NCBI RefSeq assembly: GCF_004010195.1
Contig: NC_057743.1
Span: forward strand, 22,945,872 to 23,009,871
Direction of reading: 5' to 3'
Origin: Chiloscyllium plagiosum
Lineage: Eukaryota
DNA: 64,000 bases
In this document: piece by piece, positions 23,954-37,074 of the stretch
Position numbering within the stretch: position 1 is the first letter of the stretch
Layout of the letters: each line of letters starts with the position of its first letter
Made by a program: the position numbers and the translations under genes
The notes under the pieces: generated by a model
Database searches by the model: none
What the model was told of the DNA's origin: nothing
Seen by the model: only the letters and a program-made list of their open reading frames with translations

Positions 23954-26078
23954 GTAAGAAGAGCTTTGGAAACCTCATGAAAAGCATTTTATAATATTTT
24001 TCACAACTAGAAACAATAGCCTAACATGGAATTAACCAGGTTAAGCTATCCATAAATGTGTCATTTAAATTAGACTAATCAGATAAAGTTATAGAAAATC
24101 CAACTATACCAACAATAACTCCAGTGTTTGTAATTTTGATTTCAGGTTATTAAGTAGGATTTTAAATTAATATCAAGATCAGTAAACACAGAAGCTTGTG
24201 TGAAATTGCTTTCCAAAATTTGATTACTTTACAAGTTTTCTATCTTATCATGTTCCAATTGCTCAGTTTGTACATGTAACACATTCCATAAACTCTGCTT
24301 TGTTGTCCCAAAACTCTGCTTCCCACACATTATTCTACAGAAAAAAACCATTCAGCCATCTTCTCCCCTAACATTTCCATTTTAAATTTGCGTAATTTTG
24401 TTTGAACACTTTTGTGGCCATTTTATGTCCCTGTATCTGAAATCTCCTTTTTTAAAATTCCTTACATCTTTCTGCTACATTAAAGAGACCATGTAAATGC
24501 AAGTTATGTGTCTCTTTTTATTTAATTCCTTCTGGCATATACTGTAAAAGTCTCTTGTCTTTATCTTCCTCTCATATCGCCCCTCTCTCTCCATGACTCC
24601 TCACCTTTGCATAGTTTCCTCAATGTGTCTTTTTACTGTCCCTATCACTCACTCTCATCTTTTCCCTTAGCTCTATGCTCTGCCCATTATTTTTGCTTCC
24701 CAAATATCTATTTTCTGCTGTTGCATTTGTCTTTTTTATCTTCCTTTCCTCCTCTTCTTCCCTTGTCATTCTCCTTTACTCTCTCTCACTTTCTGAATCT
24801 TGCTCACTCACTTGTTGGGCCTAATGCTTTCCTGCAGATCATGTGTTAAGTATATTGTTTTGATTTCCAATTTGGATTATCATTGTATGAGACAAATACA
24901 ATTTTGCTATTTCATCAGCTGCAACAGTCTGCATGGTGTGCCTCTACAATCTCTTCAGCAGGTGTTTTCTCTACACCTTCCCCATCTCTGTTTAGAAGCT
25001 GTCTGAATTTTGTCCACAATTCTTCCATCTCTGCCCAGGGTCTTTCATGGAAGTATATGTGGATTTTAAAATAAAAGTAATGCTCAGAACAGTGATGGAC
25101 CAAAACACTGTAGTCACGTGCAGGATGTAAGTGTTAATCACAAACTTGATGGTTTGTCAGAAGGACAATGGAAAACCTGTCCTCATCAACAGCAGGGAAA
25201 TCTGATAAAAGGGAGAACAAATTTGAGAGAAAAAAAGACAAATTAAAATTTAAAAATGTTCTCTCCGTGATATGATCTGAGCCTCACTTCGTTTTCAGTG
25301 TATTTAATAATAAGTTGGTTTTACAAGGGAGGTTGCAATGTCCTGACAGGGTTGACCCCTATGGTGTGAATTCAAAACCCAAAGCACAGAGTACCATTTT
25401 TGATTCTAATATGGTACATCTAACTTGAGGAACTTCAAGTGAAGGACTTGAAGAGTGGTCAGCTGAGTTAATATAGGAAGTTTTTATTTTTTATGACCTG
25501 TATTCGACCCTGTTATATGAAGCAATATGGTATTTTCAGTACAGTCAGTTGGGGCCTTCAGTGCTGGAAACCCCTCATCACAGAACATCCAGCTGTTTCA
25601 AACGTTTTGTTCAGTCAGTGTGTAAACTGTATGGTACTGGCTTTCTGACCATAATTTGCAGATAATTCTTCACAAAAGAAGTTGCATCCAATGTTTCTGG
25701 AAATTAGCAGCATATAAATTGCGAAGCAAAAAGTTGCCCTGCAATATCTTTTCAAAGTGTATTGAGGACACCAATAGATTGTAAAAATCTACAGGTTTCA
25801 TATAAACTCAAAGTTCTCTCAATATGTAGTAGGGAATAGTGAAAGGGAGTCAACCTTTTCTTTTGATACACTTTGTACCTGGAACTACATATTTTTCATG
25901 ACAAATGTAGTTTACGTGGGTTAGTCTGTTAGATCTTTAAAGATAACATCAAACAGTCAACATATTCTCTGCTAAAATTGCTGACTTTAATTAAAGGGAT
26001 GTTAAATAGCAAAGGATACAAAGGTGGGTTTTCTCACTTCATTTCAGGCCATCCTGTGCAAGAACAATATGTATAGAG

Positions 26079-26134
26079 AGTTCCCTGGATGCTGCCTGAC
26101 CTGCTGCACTTTTCCAGCAACACATTTTCAGCTC
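26079..26134 (+). mobile_element. 56-bp Penelope-terminus fragment with 9-bp TSD
   Basis: gatgctgcctgacctgctg...tttccagc; TSD tgtatagag at 26070-26078 and 26135-26143. Confidence 0.7.
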
Positions 26135-27930
26135 TGTATAGAGTATCTAGTTAGCTAATAATTGACTGAGCTGGTGATGAGGGAATAGAGATTCTAGCAA
26201 AGCAGTGTCATGCAAGGGTTGCTGTTGTCCTTAAAGAGGGTAAGTTTTTGTTTTCTTGTGAATCACATAAATTACTAAAACCACAAATGTCAAATTCTAA
26301 GAAACACTGCAAAGAATCGCAAATTTTGGTGTGTACCTAGAGGTGAGGATTGCTCTATTTAGTCTGACGGTTAATATCATGTTCCTTGAATGGATGGTAA
26401 TGATCATGATGTTTGACTGGAGTATGGGATCACATTTTTGGATGGTGGAGAAGGGAGCCACACTGTTTGGTTAAAGTGGAGGATTATGTTTGTTGCATGG
26501 AAGTAGCTCAGAGTACCAATTCTCCCCATGGTACAGATTGGAATCAGATACTGTATCAAGATAAATTTATTCTTCTAAATTATCACTATTGGAGACTAGC
26601 AAGCCTGATGCTAATCAAAATTTGAACTTGCAAACAAAGTGTGAAGACAAACATTTCATCTTTCTTTTCTATGTGTTACATATGGTTAGTAATTCCTAGG
26701 ACTAAAATAGTTCATAATTCCTAGGACTAAAGGGATCAAAGGGTATAAAAAGGAAGTGGGAACAGGGTATTGAGTTGGATAATCATATTGAATAACAGAG
26801 CATTTTCAAACGACCATATAGCCTACTCTGCTTTTATTTTCAATGTTTCAATAGACTTTATTGAAGAGAAGCTAAAGGTTGCAATTTTGATGTGGGAATA
26901 TTGAACCAACATTACTACAGGCATTACTGGATGGGGTGTTGCTGGGAATTTATCCATCATTTATATCTCTATGCCTTGCACTTGTTTCCACAAGATTATA
27001 AGTAATGTATTATCAAGATACTAGCATCTGCCCTCTGAGATGAATGTAAAAGATGTCATTGCACTATTTGAAGAAGAACAGAGATGTTCTCTTTGGTGTC
27101 CTGGTCAATATTTATCGTTCAGTCAATATAATTTAAAAACTTGAAATTCTTGATATTATCTCATTGGTCTCTGTAAGACCTAGCTGTGCAAAAATTGGGC
27201 ATTCATTTGTTATATTGGAACAGATCACACTTCTAATGTTCATTATTAACTGTACAACAATATGGAATGCTACTGAGGTCATGAAATGTTCTTTCAAAAT
27301 GCAGGTCTTTCTTTAAAAATATTGGTGTCATTACCACTGGAGTTGATATCCTTAATTATTTTTTCCCTCACAAAATCAAGTAATGCTGTTAGAATTTCCA
27401 GAAATTTCAATATTCAGCATTTTGACATGTTTATCTGGAAATAGGAGAAAAAAACATGAAAATGTAAAATGTTTATTGCAAATATGCACTGAAGGGAGAA
27501 AAGATGCAGACTGGAAAAAATACACAAAATTTCACAAGTAAATTTTGCAATAGCCATCTATGTAGATTCAAAACCGAACAATGGACAATCATGCATTTAG
27601 GAAGGTTAGAACTAAGGTGAAGAGTAAATTGGTTGAGGACCTTGGCAGAATGGTGCTATTTAATAGAGAACAAATATTCTCCAGTGAGGCAGCCCAAGGA
27701 TGACCACTTTACGTTATGGTGAATCAGGTACGTGAAGCCGTAGAACATAATCATTACTTTCTTCCTGGCTGGGCCTCTATGTAACCACTAGAGCCTCATA
27801 AAGGAGACTAAACATCCTGTCTGGATTTAGACTGTTATGTGGAATTTGACAAAAGATCCTGCAAAAAAAAATGCAAATAAATGAGGAGTTAGTCAGACCT
27901 GGTGATGCCATAGAATACCAGTTAATGTTG

Positions 27931-29461
27931 AACAACTTTGAATAAATTTTCCTTTCACTCCTCTCACTTTCTTTGGTTCATAGGGGTGGCCATGGATACC
28001 CACATGGGGCCCAGTTATGTGGTGTACATGGAACATTCCATGTTCCAGACCTACTCTAGCCCCCAGCCACAACGCTTTCTCTGGTACATCGATAATATAA
28101 TCGGTGCTGGTTCCCTTTTACATCCAATATTGGAAAAGTTTATCTATTTCACTTGTAATTTCCACCCTGCTGTCACCTTGACCTTGTCCACTTCTGATCC
28201 CTCCCTTTCCATTTCTGGGGATAGGCTGGCCACCAATATCCATGACAAAAATCACTGACTCCCACAGTTATCTTGACTAAACGTCCTCTCATCTTGCTTC
28301 CTGAAAGGATTCTATTCCATTCTTCCAGATCCTCCACCTCCAATGATGCCAACTTTGACAAGTCCAGTGAAATATCCACTATCTTCCTCAAACAAAGATT
28401 CTCCACCACCATGGTTGACAGGACCCTCAGCCATGTCCGAACCATCTTCTGCAATTCAGCCCCACCCTGTTTTCCCTCCCACAACAGTGATAGGGTCCCC
28501 TTCTTCCTCACCTTCCATAACACTTGCACCCACATCTAAAGGATCATTACACACCATTTCAACCATCTCCAGCAGGATGCTGTCACCAGACACATGTTTC
28601 CCTCCCCTCCTTTGTCAGTCTTCTGCATGGACTGTTCCATCCAGAACACCTTGGTCCACTACCAACACCTTTGCACACCCCATGGCACCTTTCTTTGCAG
28701 TCACAGAAGGTCTTACAGCTGCCCGTTTACTTCCTTCCCCCTCTCTATCCAAGGGCCCAGAAACATCTCCCAGGGGAAACAGCAATTTATCTGTACTTCA
28801 CTCAATCTAGTTTACTGTATTTGCTGCTCACAATGTTGTCTGCTCTGCATTGGGGACATGAAGTGCAGACTGGGCAACTGCTTTGCAGAACACTACATTC
28901 TATCCACAGAAAAGACCCTGAGCTTCTGGTTGCCTGCCATTTCAACACACCACCATGTTCCCCGGCCAACATTTCCATCTCAGGTTTACTGCAATGCTCC
29001 AGTGAAGCTCAGAGCAAGCTGGAAGAACAGCACCTCATTTTTGGCTTGGGAACCCTGTGGCTATCTGGAGTCAATCTCAAGTTCAACAATTTTAGGGTTT
29101 GAGCACCTTCTCCCATGTCCTTACTCCAAACCCCACACACCAGGCCTTGTCATCACATGAGCTGCTACTACAAACAACTCATTGTCAGCCACTAATGGTC
29201 CCCATTATCAATTCTCCCAGGCTTACTTTACCCATTCCTTTGACTGCTGAACTGTTTTTCTCTCTCTCTCTCTATCTCTGAGCTCCATCATCACCTAACA
29301 TTTACTCCTTCCCCACTCCACCTTTAGCATATACACCAAACTTTTCCTTGCTCCAATCAGTTCTGAAGAAGGGTCACCGGATCTGAAACGTTAACTCTGC
29401 TTTCTCTCCACAGATGCTGCCAGATCTGCTGAGTTTCTCCAACAACTTCTGTTTTTATATT
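27931..29461 (+). mobile_element. Penelope-like element, 5'-truncated (RT C-terminal half, GIY-YIG, hammerhead-bearing 3' end)
   Basis: GVAMDTHMGPSY, FLWYIDNI, CTSLNLVYCICCSQCCLLCIG, KLEEQHLIFGLG; 11-bp TSD agttaatgttg at 27920-27930 and 29462-29472. Confidence 0.9.
29358..29397 (+). ncRNA. Minimal hammerhead ribozyme-like motif (Penelope type)
   Basis: agtt-CTGAAGA-a-gggtc-accg-gatct-GAAACGTT-aact: conserved core, stem II and a 4-bp stem I. Confidence 0.6.
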
Positions 29462-30227
29462 AGTTAATGTTGTGTCTGTTCAAACTGAGCAAGTGGCTGG
29501 GAATTTCATTGGGACATCTTTGGCCAGGAATGGCGTGTTACATTTTGGAAAGACTAACAAACTAGAATTGGAGACTTTCTAAATATTTGAGATTTGTGCA
29601 GAATACATATATAAGTGACAGTTGATCTCACTATTAAATAGCGTAGTAGATGAAATCAGGAGTGCACTAATGTACTCAATCAGCAACTGTGTATGAAATA
29701 GCACTGCTTTTGGCTGGTGTGCTTGGGGCTGGACAGTGGTGGATTGGCGGGTATGTGAGTATGGGGTAGGATCATGATTCCAATATATTCCCTCAAGTCC
29801 GGACACGGTTTTTAATGTTAAACCATTTGTAATGCCAAATGAAGGCAGTGTGTGTGGCAAATTAATTCATCAGTTCATTACTGCTTTGACTTTCGCAGCA
29901 GTGAGCAATCGTGCCTCAAAGCAAGAGACAGAGTAATATCCAATCAGGAGGTACAAGCTCAAAGGTACAAAATGTTCAGCAGTTTGCTCAACTCACTCAG
30001 CAAGTCCCTGTCACCCAGTCAGTCACTCTCACCCAGAAGATCCCACTTTATCATGTTGTCACCCAGCAGGTCCCTACCTGTCATTACAGTTCTCTGTCAG
30101 TCAGCAAGTCACCTTGCCATGCTATAACCAAGAGACCTCGGATAACCAGCTTGTCTTTAACCATATCAGCCAGTTTTTTCTAACTGCAGGTGGTCAATTT
30201 ATACTAATAGCTATCCTTTCTCTGCAG

Positions 30228-30406
30228 GGAAACTGCCGGGCACTGAGTTAATCCCACTTTTAAAGGATCAAACGCAAAGCAAGGAGACAGATGAACCTTC
30301 CACACTGCCCCTGCCAATGTCCAGCACCATTGTGACCAGTACATTGCTGACCACTATCACAACCGAGGAAGCACCTGCAACAAAGCCTAGAAGCACACGA
30401 CAACAG
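30228..30406 (+). CDS. DRAXIN: DRAXIN coding exon 2 (S/T/P-rich)
   Basis: Acceptor ctttctctgcag|, 179 nt open, phase 1 to 0, donor CAG|gtaaac; in frame with both neighbours. Confidence 0.85.
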
Positions 30407-31127
30407 GTAAACCGAATTGTACAAGGTCACAGTCACACCCTGAAGTCACCCTTCAGCAAATATTCCTCCCCTCAGGCGCTCAAGAATTTAAAAAAAAATG
30501 GAGCAAAGTGATGGTACTCACAGAAGGAGTGCAAGAGCATTGCATGAATATAGCGGAAACCTTTTGCCACCAGTGGCAGAAGATGCACAAAGGATCAGAG
30601 CTGGAGAAAAATATGGCTCATAATAGGTGTAGGAAATTGCTTGTAGAGTTGCTGTGTGGGCATTTATAAATATTTATAGTATTGGGATTTATTGTATTTT
30701 GGATTTTAATTCAATACATTGTCACAGAGTCGTTGTGTGGTGGGGTCATAGTTAGGTGAACAGGAATTAGAATCATGGCTATGTAGACAATACAAGGCAA
30801 GATACAAGAAATTGAATTTTGGAAGGTATTGATGCCAATAAAGGATAATTGAGTCTGGAGGTGAAAGAAGTTCAGGTAAAGGTTTTGGTCTAAGTGGAGG
30901 AGGTAAAAAGCAACAGTTCTTGCAGAGATAAAAGCTAAAAAGTTGTTGTAGCTTATGATGTTACAATTGTAGACCATCTGGTGAAAACTGACAAATATGT
31001 AAGAAGTAGTTGGAGAAAATGTCAAGGACTGAAGATAGATAAAGAAGTTGTGGCTCATTCACAATGAATGACAGGAAAGCAATGATATCGAAATAATTGT
31101 TTTTGATTCTCAATATATGACACTGGT

Positions 31128-32250
31128 ATGGAGATGCCAGTGTTGGACTGGGGTGTACAAAGTTAAAAATCACCATGGCAATGGATGAATGGGCACCGCA
31201 CAACAATCAACAGACAGTAGCATTCCCTCCCAGTTGGGAAACACATCAGTGGTCCAGGACATTCGACCTCGGACCTTCGGGTGACCATCCTTCAAGGCGG
31301 ACTTCGGGACAGGCAGCAGTGAAAAGTGGCCGAGCAGATGCTGATAGCTAAATTCCGTACCCATAGGGAGGGCCTCAACCGGGACCTTGGGTTCATGTCA
31401 CACTACAGGTGACCACCATTGCACTATACACACACACAGAGACATACAGACACATGTATACACACACAGACATACAGACACACGTATACACAGACACACA
31501 CACTCCTACAGACACGCACACACCCACACATGCATCCTCTCACAGACTTAGACCACTTTACACTCACACACACACACATATGCACTCTCTCTCAGACACT
31601 CACAACCCCCCACCCCAGACACACAGACACACTCCCACACTCACACATGCACCCTCTCACAGACTTAGACAGTTTCCACTCACACACACACGTACACTCT
31701 CTCACATTCACAACCCCCCAACACAGAGACACACACACACAACACAATATGTACACACACACACACACACAAACCCACACATATACATATACGTTTGTGG
31801 GGTGAATTTGTACTTGCAGAGTTACATTGTACTTTGCTCAAAAACTGTATGAATCCATGTAAGACTCTGTTAACTCACTTTTTAGATTGAATCAGTCTAA
31901 ACATTATGGCACAGACAGGGAACACAGGGACCTAACACCTTCAACATATTATCTGGCTGACACCAATTGTTACAGTTAACCTGAGAATGTAATTTTAAAA
32001 AAAAGTTTTGTGATTTACATATGAAAGAAGTGAAACTATCGTGGTCATTCTAACAGATGAAAGCCTCAACAAAGAATCAAGGTATTTTTCAATGTATAAT
32101 TTCAGTTACATCACACTGTAAACTTTTGCTATAAATTCTGTGTCTTACAATTTTGTCTCCACAACCACCTGATGAAAGAGAAGTGCTCCAAAAGCTAGTG
32201 CTTCCAATTAAACCTGTTGGACTATAACCTGGTGTTGTGTGATTTTTAAC
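31128..32250 (+). mobile_element. Penelope-like element 3' end with (CA)-rich UTR and inverted terminal piece
   Basis: MNGHRTTINRQ...AEQMLIAKFRTHREGLNRD (GIY-YIG C-terminus); degenerate hammerhead core at ~32168-32198; the terminus matches the 57550 element. Confidence 0.8.
31428..31790. repeat. Imperfect (CA)n-rich tract with ~100-bp internal repeats
   Basis: cacaca runs; repeated catgca..ctctcacagacttagac. Confidence 0.9.
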
Positions 32251-32590
32251 CGTATATTCTCAAGCCCCCAGGAGACACCCAGGTCCTTTCTCGGTGGTAA
32301 TGCGTTGTTAGATTACTGTTGCCTAGATGGATTACTTCCAAATTCATTCATTTGCTGCTCCCCAATCTGATCTCTGTACTGTCTGCAAATTATTATTTAT
32401 TCCAATCTAATTACTGTCATTCTCTTTGCTCTTTCATTCCATTATCACTCTATTGCATTGATCTCTGTCTCATATATTTTCCTTCATTTGTCTCTCAAAT
32501 AATCTATGTTTGTTCATAATCCTCTACTTGATGTCTGTCCTTTTGTTCCATTACTTCTGTGTCTTCTCTCCCCCTGTCTCTGACTTGTAG

Positions 32591-32702
32591 GTTGGAACAA
32601 GAACAGCTGCTGAGGTAAACCCCACCCTCGATATGACACTCTTTGATTGGACAGATTATGAAGACATGAAGCCAGATATTTGGCCATCAGCAAAGAAAAA
32701 AG
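32591..32702 (+). CDS. DRAXIN: DRAXIN coding exon 3 (netrin-1-binding motif)
   Basis: [37 protein letters not shown]; tag| acceptor and G|gtaatg donor. Confidence 0.96.
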
Positions 32703-33079
32703 GTAATGAATAAAGGGTACAAGCATTAGGGGTAGAGGAGATGGAGGCTATAGAACTCAGATGGAGATGGAGGGAGTGCAATTGCATGGAGTAGTGAGCA
32801 TGAGGGAGATGGCAAGCACCAACCTTTGGGAAGGAAAATTAGCTTCAACAGTTTTAGAGGAAGAGAGTTTCAGTTTTCACTTTCCTTTGTGTGAAGAAGT
32901 GTTTCCTATCATCACCTCTGAACAGACTACTTCTAATTTTAAGGTTATTCCCTCTTGTTCTGAACTCATTCCACCAGGGGCAATAGTTTATCACTAATTA
33001 CCCCATCAAATCCTTTAATCATTTTAAGTACCTTAAATAAATAACTCTTGATTTTCTCAAAAGAATTCAAACATAGTCA

Positions 33080-33610
33080 ATTCAATTTTGATTTGACTTA
33101 TTGTCACATGTACTGAGATACAATGGAAACTATTGTTTTGCATGCTTATCAGACAAATCATACCTTACATAAGTACATCAGGATAATAAGACAATGCAGA
33201 ATATATTGTTATAGCTACAGAAAAGTTGCAGAAAAAGATAAATTCTAACGTATAAGAGATCCATTCATAAGTCTGATAATAGCAGGGAAGAAGCTGTTCT
33301 TAAATAAAAACCAAATGGACTGCAGATGCTGTAAATCAGAAACAAAAATAAAAATTGCTGGAAAAGCTCAGCAAATCTGGCAGCATCTATGAAGAGAAAT
33401 CAAAATAAATATTTTGGGTTCGGTGAAGAAGGTTCACTGGAGCCGAAACATTAACTTTGATTTCTCTTCGCAGATGCTGTCGGATCTGCTGAGCTTTTCC
33501 AACATCTTATGTTTTTGAAGCTTTTCTTAAATCTGTTGCTATGCATTTTCAAACTTATGTATTCTTGATGGAAGAAGATGGAAGGGAGTATAAGCGGGTC
33601 TTTGATCTTA
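33080..33610 (-). mobile_element. Rex1-like LINE 3' UTR fragment hosting a Penelope-derived insert
   Basis: Reverse complement resembles 10480-10803. Confidence 0.55.
33306..33516. mobile_element. Penelope-terminus inverted-repeat mini-element
   Basis: 16-bp TSD gaagct(g/t)ttcttaaat; arms cagcatct...gaaa / tttc...agatgctg; degenerate hammerhead core at ~33423-33453. Confidence 0.75.
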
Positions 33611-34526
33611 ATTTAACATTCTGGGCTTGGTATCATTCTGGTCAATCTGTGCTGTACTGTCTCCAAACTTACATGTATCCTTACTGAGGTGCAGTGCTCA
33701 GAATTAAATCCTGTAATTTTATAGGGATTTAAACAGAGCTCTGTATAACGGTTACAAATATTGTATTTGTATAGTAGCTTCCTTAAGATTTTGGCAATTT
33801 CCAATTTGTTCTTGTAATATATAGTATCTGTACATGGACTTCTAAAAATCCCTGCTCCACCACATTTCTAAACTTCCTGCCATTCAGAATACACTATGAA
33901 TTATCTTTCCTGGATCCAAAGTGGTAACCTCACACTTCCTGATTCTGAATTTCATAAGCCATACAACCATAGTCTAGTGCACTGACCTCTACACCGCTGA
34001 AGCCAGACGCCAACTCAAGGACAGCTCTTCCTACCACCCCCTCGACCATGACCCCACCCGCATCGCCAAACCATCATCTCCCTGACCATACAGAAGCTCA
34101 TCACCTCAGGAGATCTCCCACCCACAGCTTCCAACCTCATAGTCTAGGAACCCCGCACTGCCCGGTTCTACCTCCTTCCCAAGATCCACAAGCCTGACCA
34201 CCCTGGCCGACCCATTGTCTCAGTGTGCTCCTGCCCCACTGAACTCATTTCTACCTACCTCGACACTATCCTATCCCCCCCAGTCGAGGAACTCCCCACA
34301 TACGTTCAAGACACCACCTATGCCCTCCACCTCCTCCAAGACGTCCGTTTCCCTGGCCCTCAACGCCTCATCTTCACCATGGATATCCAGTCCGTCTACA
34401 CCTCCATCCGCCATCACCGGGGCCTCCAAGCCCTCCGTTTCTTCCTCTCCCGATGTCCCCAACAGTACCCTTCCACCGACACTCTCATTCATTTGGCCGA
34501 ACTGGTCATCACCCTTAACACCCTTA

Positions 34527-34860
34527 GTGGGCGGCACGGTGGCACAGTGGTTAGCACTGCTGCCTCACAGCGCCAGAGACCAGGGTTCAATTCCCGCCTC
34601 AGGCGACTGACTGTGTGGAGTTTGCACGTTCTCCCCGTGTCTGCGTGGGTTTCCTCCGGGTGCTCCGGTTTCCTCCCACCATCCAAAGATGTGCAGGGTC
34701 AGGTGAATTGGCCATACTAAATTGCCCGTAGTGTTAGGTAAGGGGTAAATGTAGGGGTATGAGTGGGTTTCGCTTCGGCGGGTCGGTGTGGACTTGTTGG
34801 GCCGAAGGGCCTGTTTCCACACTGTAATCTAATCTAAATCTAAGCTAATCTAAATCTAAA
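34527..34860 (+). mobile_element. HE1-type V-SINE nested in Penelope RT
   Basis: Full-length, CpG-rich copy; interrupts TLN|NFSFES. Confidence 0.92.
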
Positions 34861-36077
34861 CAATTTCTCCTTCGAATCCTCCCACTTCCTCCAGACCAAA
34901 GGGGTAGCCATGGGCACCCGTATGGGCCCCAGCTATGCCTTTCTCTTTGTTGGCTACGTAGAACATCTTCCATAATTACACCGGCACCACTCCCCACCTC
35001 TTCCTCCGCTACATTGATGACTGCATTGGCACCACCTCGTACTCCTGCGAGGAGGTTGAGCAATTCATCAACTTCACCAACACTTTCCACCCTGACCTTA
35101 AATTTACCTGGACCATCCCCTTCCTGGACCTCTCCATCTCCATAAATAACGACCGACTTGACACCGACATTTTTTACAAACCCACCGACTCCCACAGTTA
35201 CCTGGATTACACCTCTTCCCACCCTACCTCCTGCAAAAATGCCATCCTGTATTCCGAATTCCTCCACCTCTGCTGTATCTGCTCCCAGTTCCACCCCAGA
35301 ACACACCAGATGGCCTCCTTCTTTAGAGACCACAATTTCCCTTTCCAAGTGGTTAAAGATGCCCTCCAACCCATCTCACAAAGCCCGTTCCCTCCGTGAC
35401 TACCTGGTCAGGTCCACGCCCCCCACCAACCCACCCTCCTATCCTGGCACTTTCCCCTGCCCCCGCAGGAACTGTAAAACCTGCGCCCACACCTCCACCC
35501 TCACCTCTATCCAAGGCCCAAAGGAGCCTTCCCCATCCATCAAAGTTTTACCTGCACATCCACTCATATCATCTATTGTATCCGTTGCTCCCAATGCGGT
35601 CTCTACATTGGGGAGACTGGGCGCCTCCTCGCAGAGCGCTTTAGGGAACATCTCCGTGACACCCGCACCAATCAACCACATCGCCCAGTGGCTCAACATT
35701 TGAACTCCCCCTCCCACTCTGCCGAGGATATGGAGGTGCTGGGCCTCCTCCACCTCCGCTCCCTCACCACCAGACGCCTGGAGGAAGAACGCCTCATCTT
35801 CCGCCTCGGAACACTTCAACCCCAGGGCATCAATGTGGACTTCAACAGTTTCCTCTTTCCCCTTCTCCCACCTCACCCCAGTTCCAAACTTCCAGCTCAG
35901 CACTGTCCCCATGACTTGTCCTACCTGCCTATCTTCTCTTCCACCTATCCACTCCACCCTCCTCCCTGAGCTACCACCTTCATCCCCTCCTCCACTCACC
36001 CATTGTACTCTATGCTACTTTCTCCCCAACCCCACCCTCCTCTCATTTATCTCTCCAATCTTCAGGAACTCTGCCTG

Positions 36078-36115
36078 TATTCCTGATGAAGGGCTTTTGC
36101 CCGAAACGTCGATGC
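36078..36115 (+). ncRNA. Minimal hammerhead ribozyme-like motif at the Penelope 3' end
   Basis: CTGATGA-a-gggc-tttt-gccc-GAAACGTC. Confidence 0.65.
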
Positions 36116-36283
36116 TGCCTGAACTACTGTGCTTTTCCAGCACCACTAATCCAGAACCATTCCAAACAACCAAGTTTAGTTTTTTGAGAGTATGACAGTT
36201 GAGAATAAAAGCAACTTCTATGCACCTACTGAACTGTTCTCCCTCCCAGAAATTGATATTTTTGCTCTATTTGTTCCTAGTAG

Positions 36284-36373
36284 ACAAGCGTCGTAGCAAG
36301 AACCTGAGTAATGGGAACCTCACATCAATGGCTGAAGTGGAACCATGTGATCATCACCTGGACTGCCTACCTG
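36284..36373 (+). CDS. DRAXIN: DRAXIN coding exon 4 ([30 protein letters not shown])
   Basis: 90 nt, or 93 nt from the upstream AG; start of the Cys-rich domain; donor G|gtatat. Confidence 0.95.
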
Positions 36374-37074
36374 GTATATTCCTAATAATCCTGAGGCTTT
36401 AATCCATCACACAAACTTTTTTAATACCAAGAGAGGCTTCTATGCCAAGCTTCTGGGACAGTCACCATTACAAGCAGAAGTCTGACTTTTGTGTGATCAA
36501 TTGTTGCTCTGTCCATCTTTGGAATGTGATTCAGTATCTTTTACTAGAAATGTAGAGAAAAAGAAAAGCAAAAAAAGAGAGTAGGGCTCGTAGGAAAGGA
36601 TAAAACCACTGTGGGCTTGGATTGGGATCAAGTATGATTCAGTAACATGGCAACACTGGAGTCCCCTCTTCAACCTGTAGTCCATTGTTGTTCAGTGGAT
36701 GAGTTAAAAGGGACCTGACTGCAGAGTGAGTTGTGGATGTGATCTGATATTGTCACCAACATTGCTCTTTGTTGAAGTGACAAAGTGAAGAAAGAGAAAA
36801 TGAAAAGACTTACATTTCTAGAGCATCTTTCATGATGACAGATATCTAAAACATTTTTTGTAAAACGTTTTACAAGCAATTAAGTATGTTTGAAGTGAAA
36901 TCATTTTTGTGATGTAGGTAACTTGGCAGCCAATCTGTGCACAGCAAGATCCTTTCAACATCAATGAGGCAATGACTATACAATCTATTTTTGTGAAGTT
37001 AATTCCAGGGTAAATATTGGTGAAAGTTCCAGACATAAACTCCCCTTTGCTTGAAAGCATGCAGTGAGATCTTT

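Larger units (their letters stand above)
33970..36155 (+). mobile_element. Penelope-like element (RT plus GIY-YIG), 5'-truncated, with nested SINE
   Basis: FYLLPKIHKPDHPGRPIVS, FTMDIQSVYTSI, GVAMGTRMGPSYA, LRYIDD, IYCIRCSQCGLYIGETGR, RRLEEERLIFRLG. Confidence 0.93.

Noticed and set aside
29852-30183. S/T/Q-rich ORFs and a CAGCAG acceptor upstream of DRAXIN coding exon 2, as a possible alternative exon
   Set aside because: The frame compatible with the phase-1 upstream donor hits TAA after about 12 codons.
31409-31852. H/T-repeat ORFs
   Set aside because: Translations of (CA)n-rich Penelope UTR.
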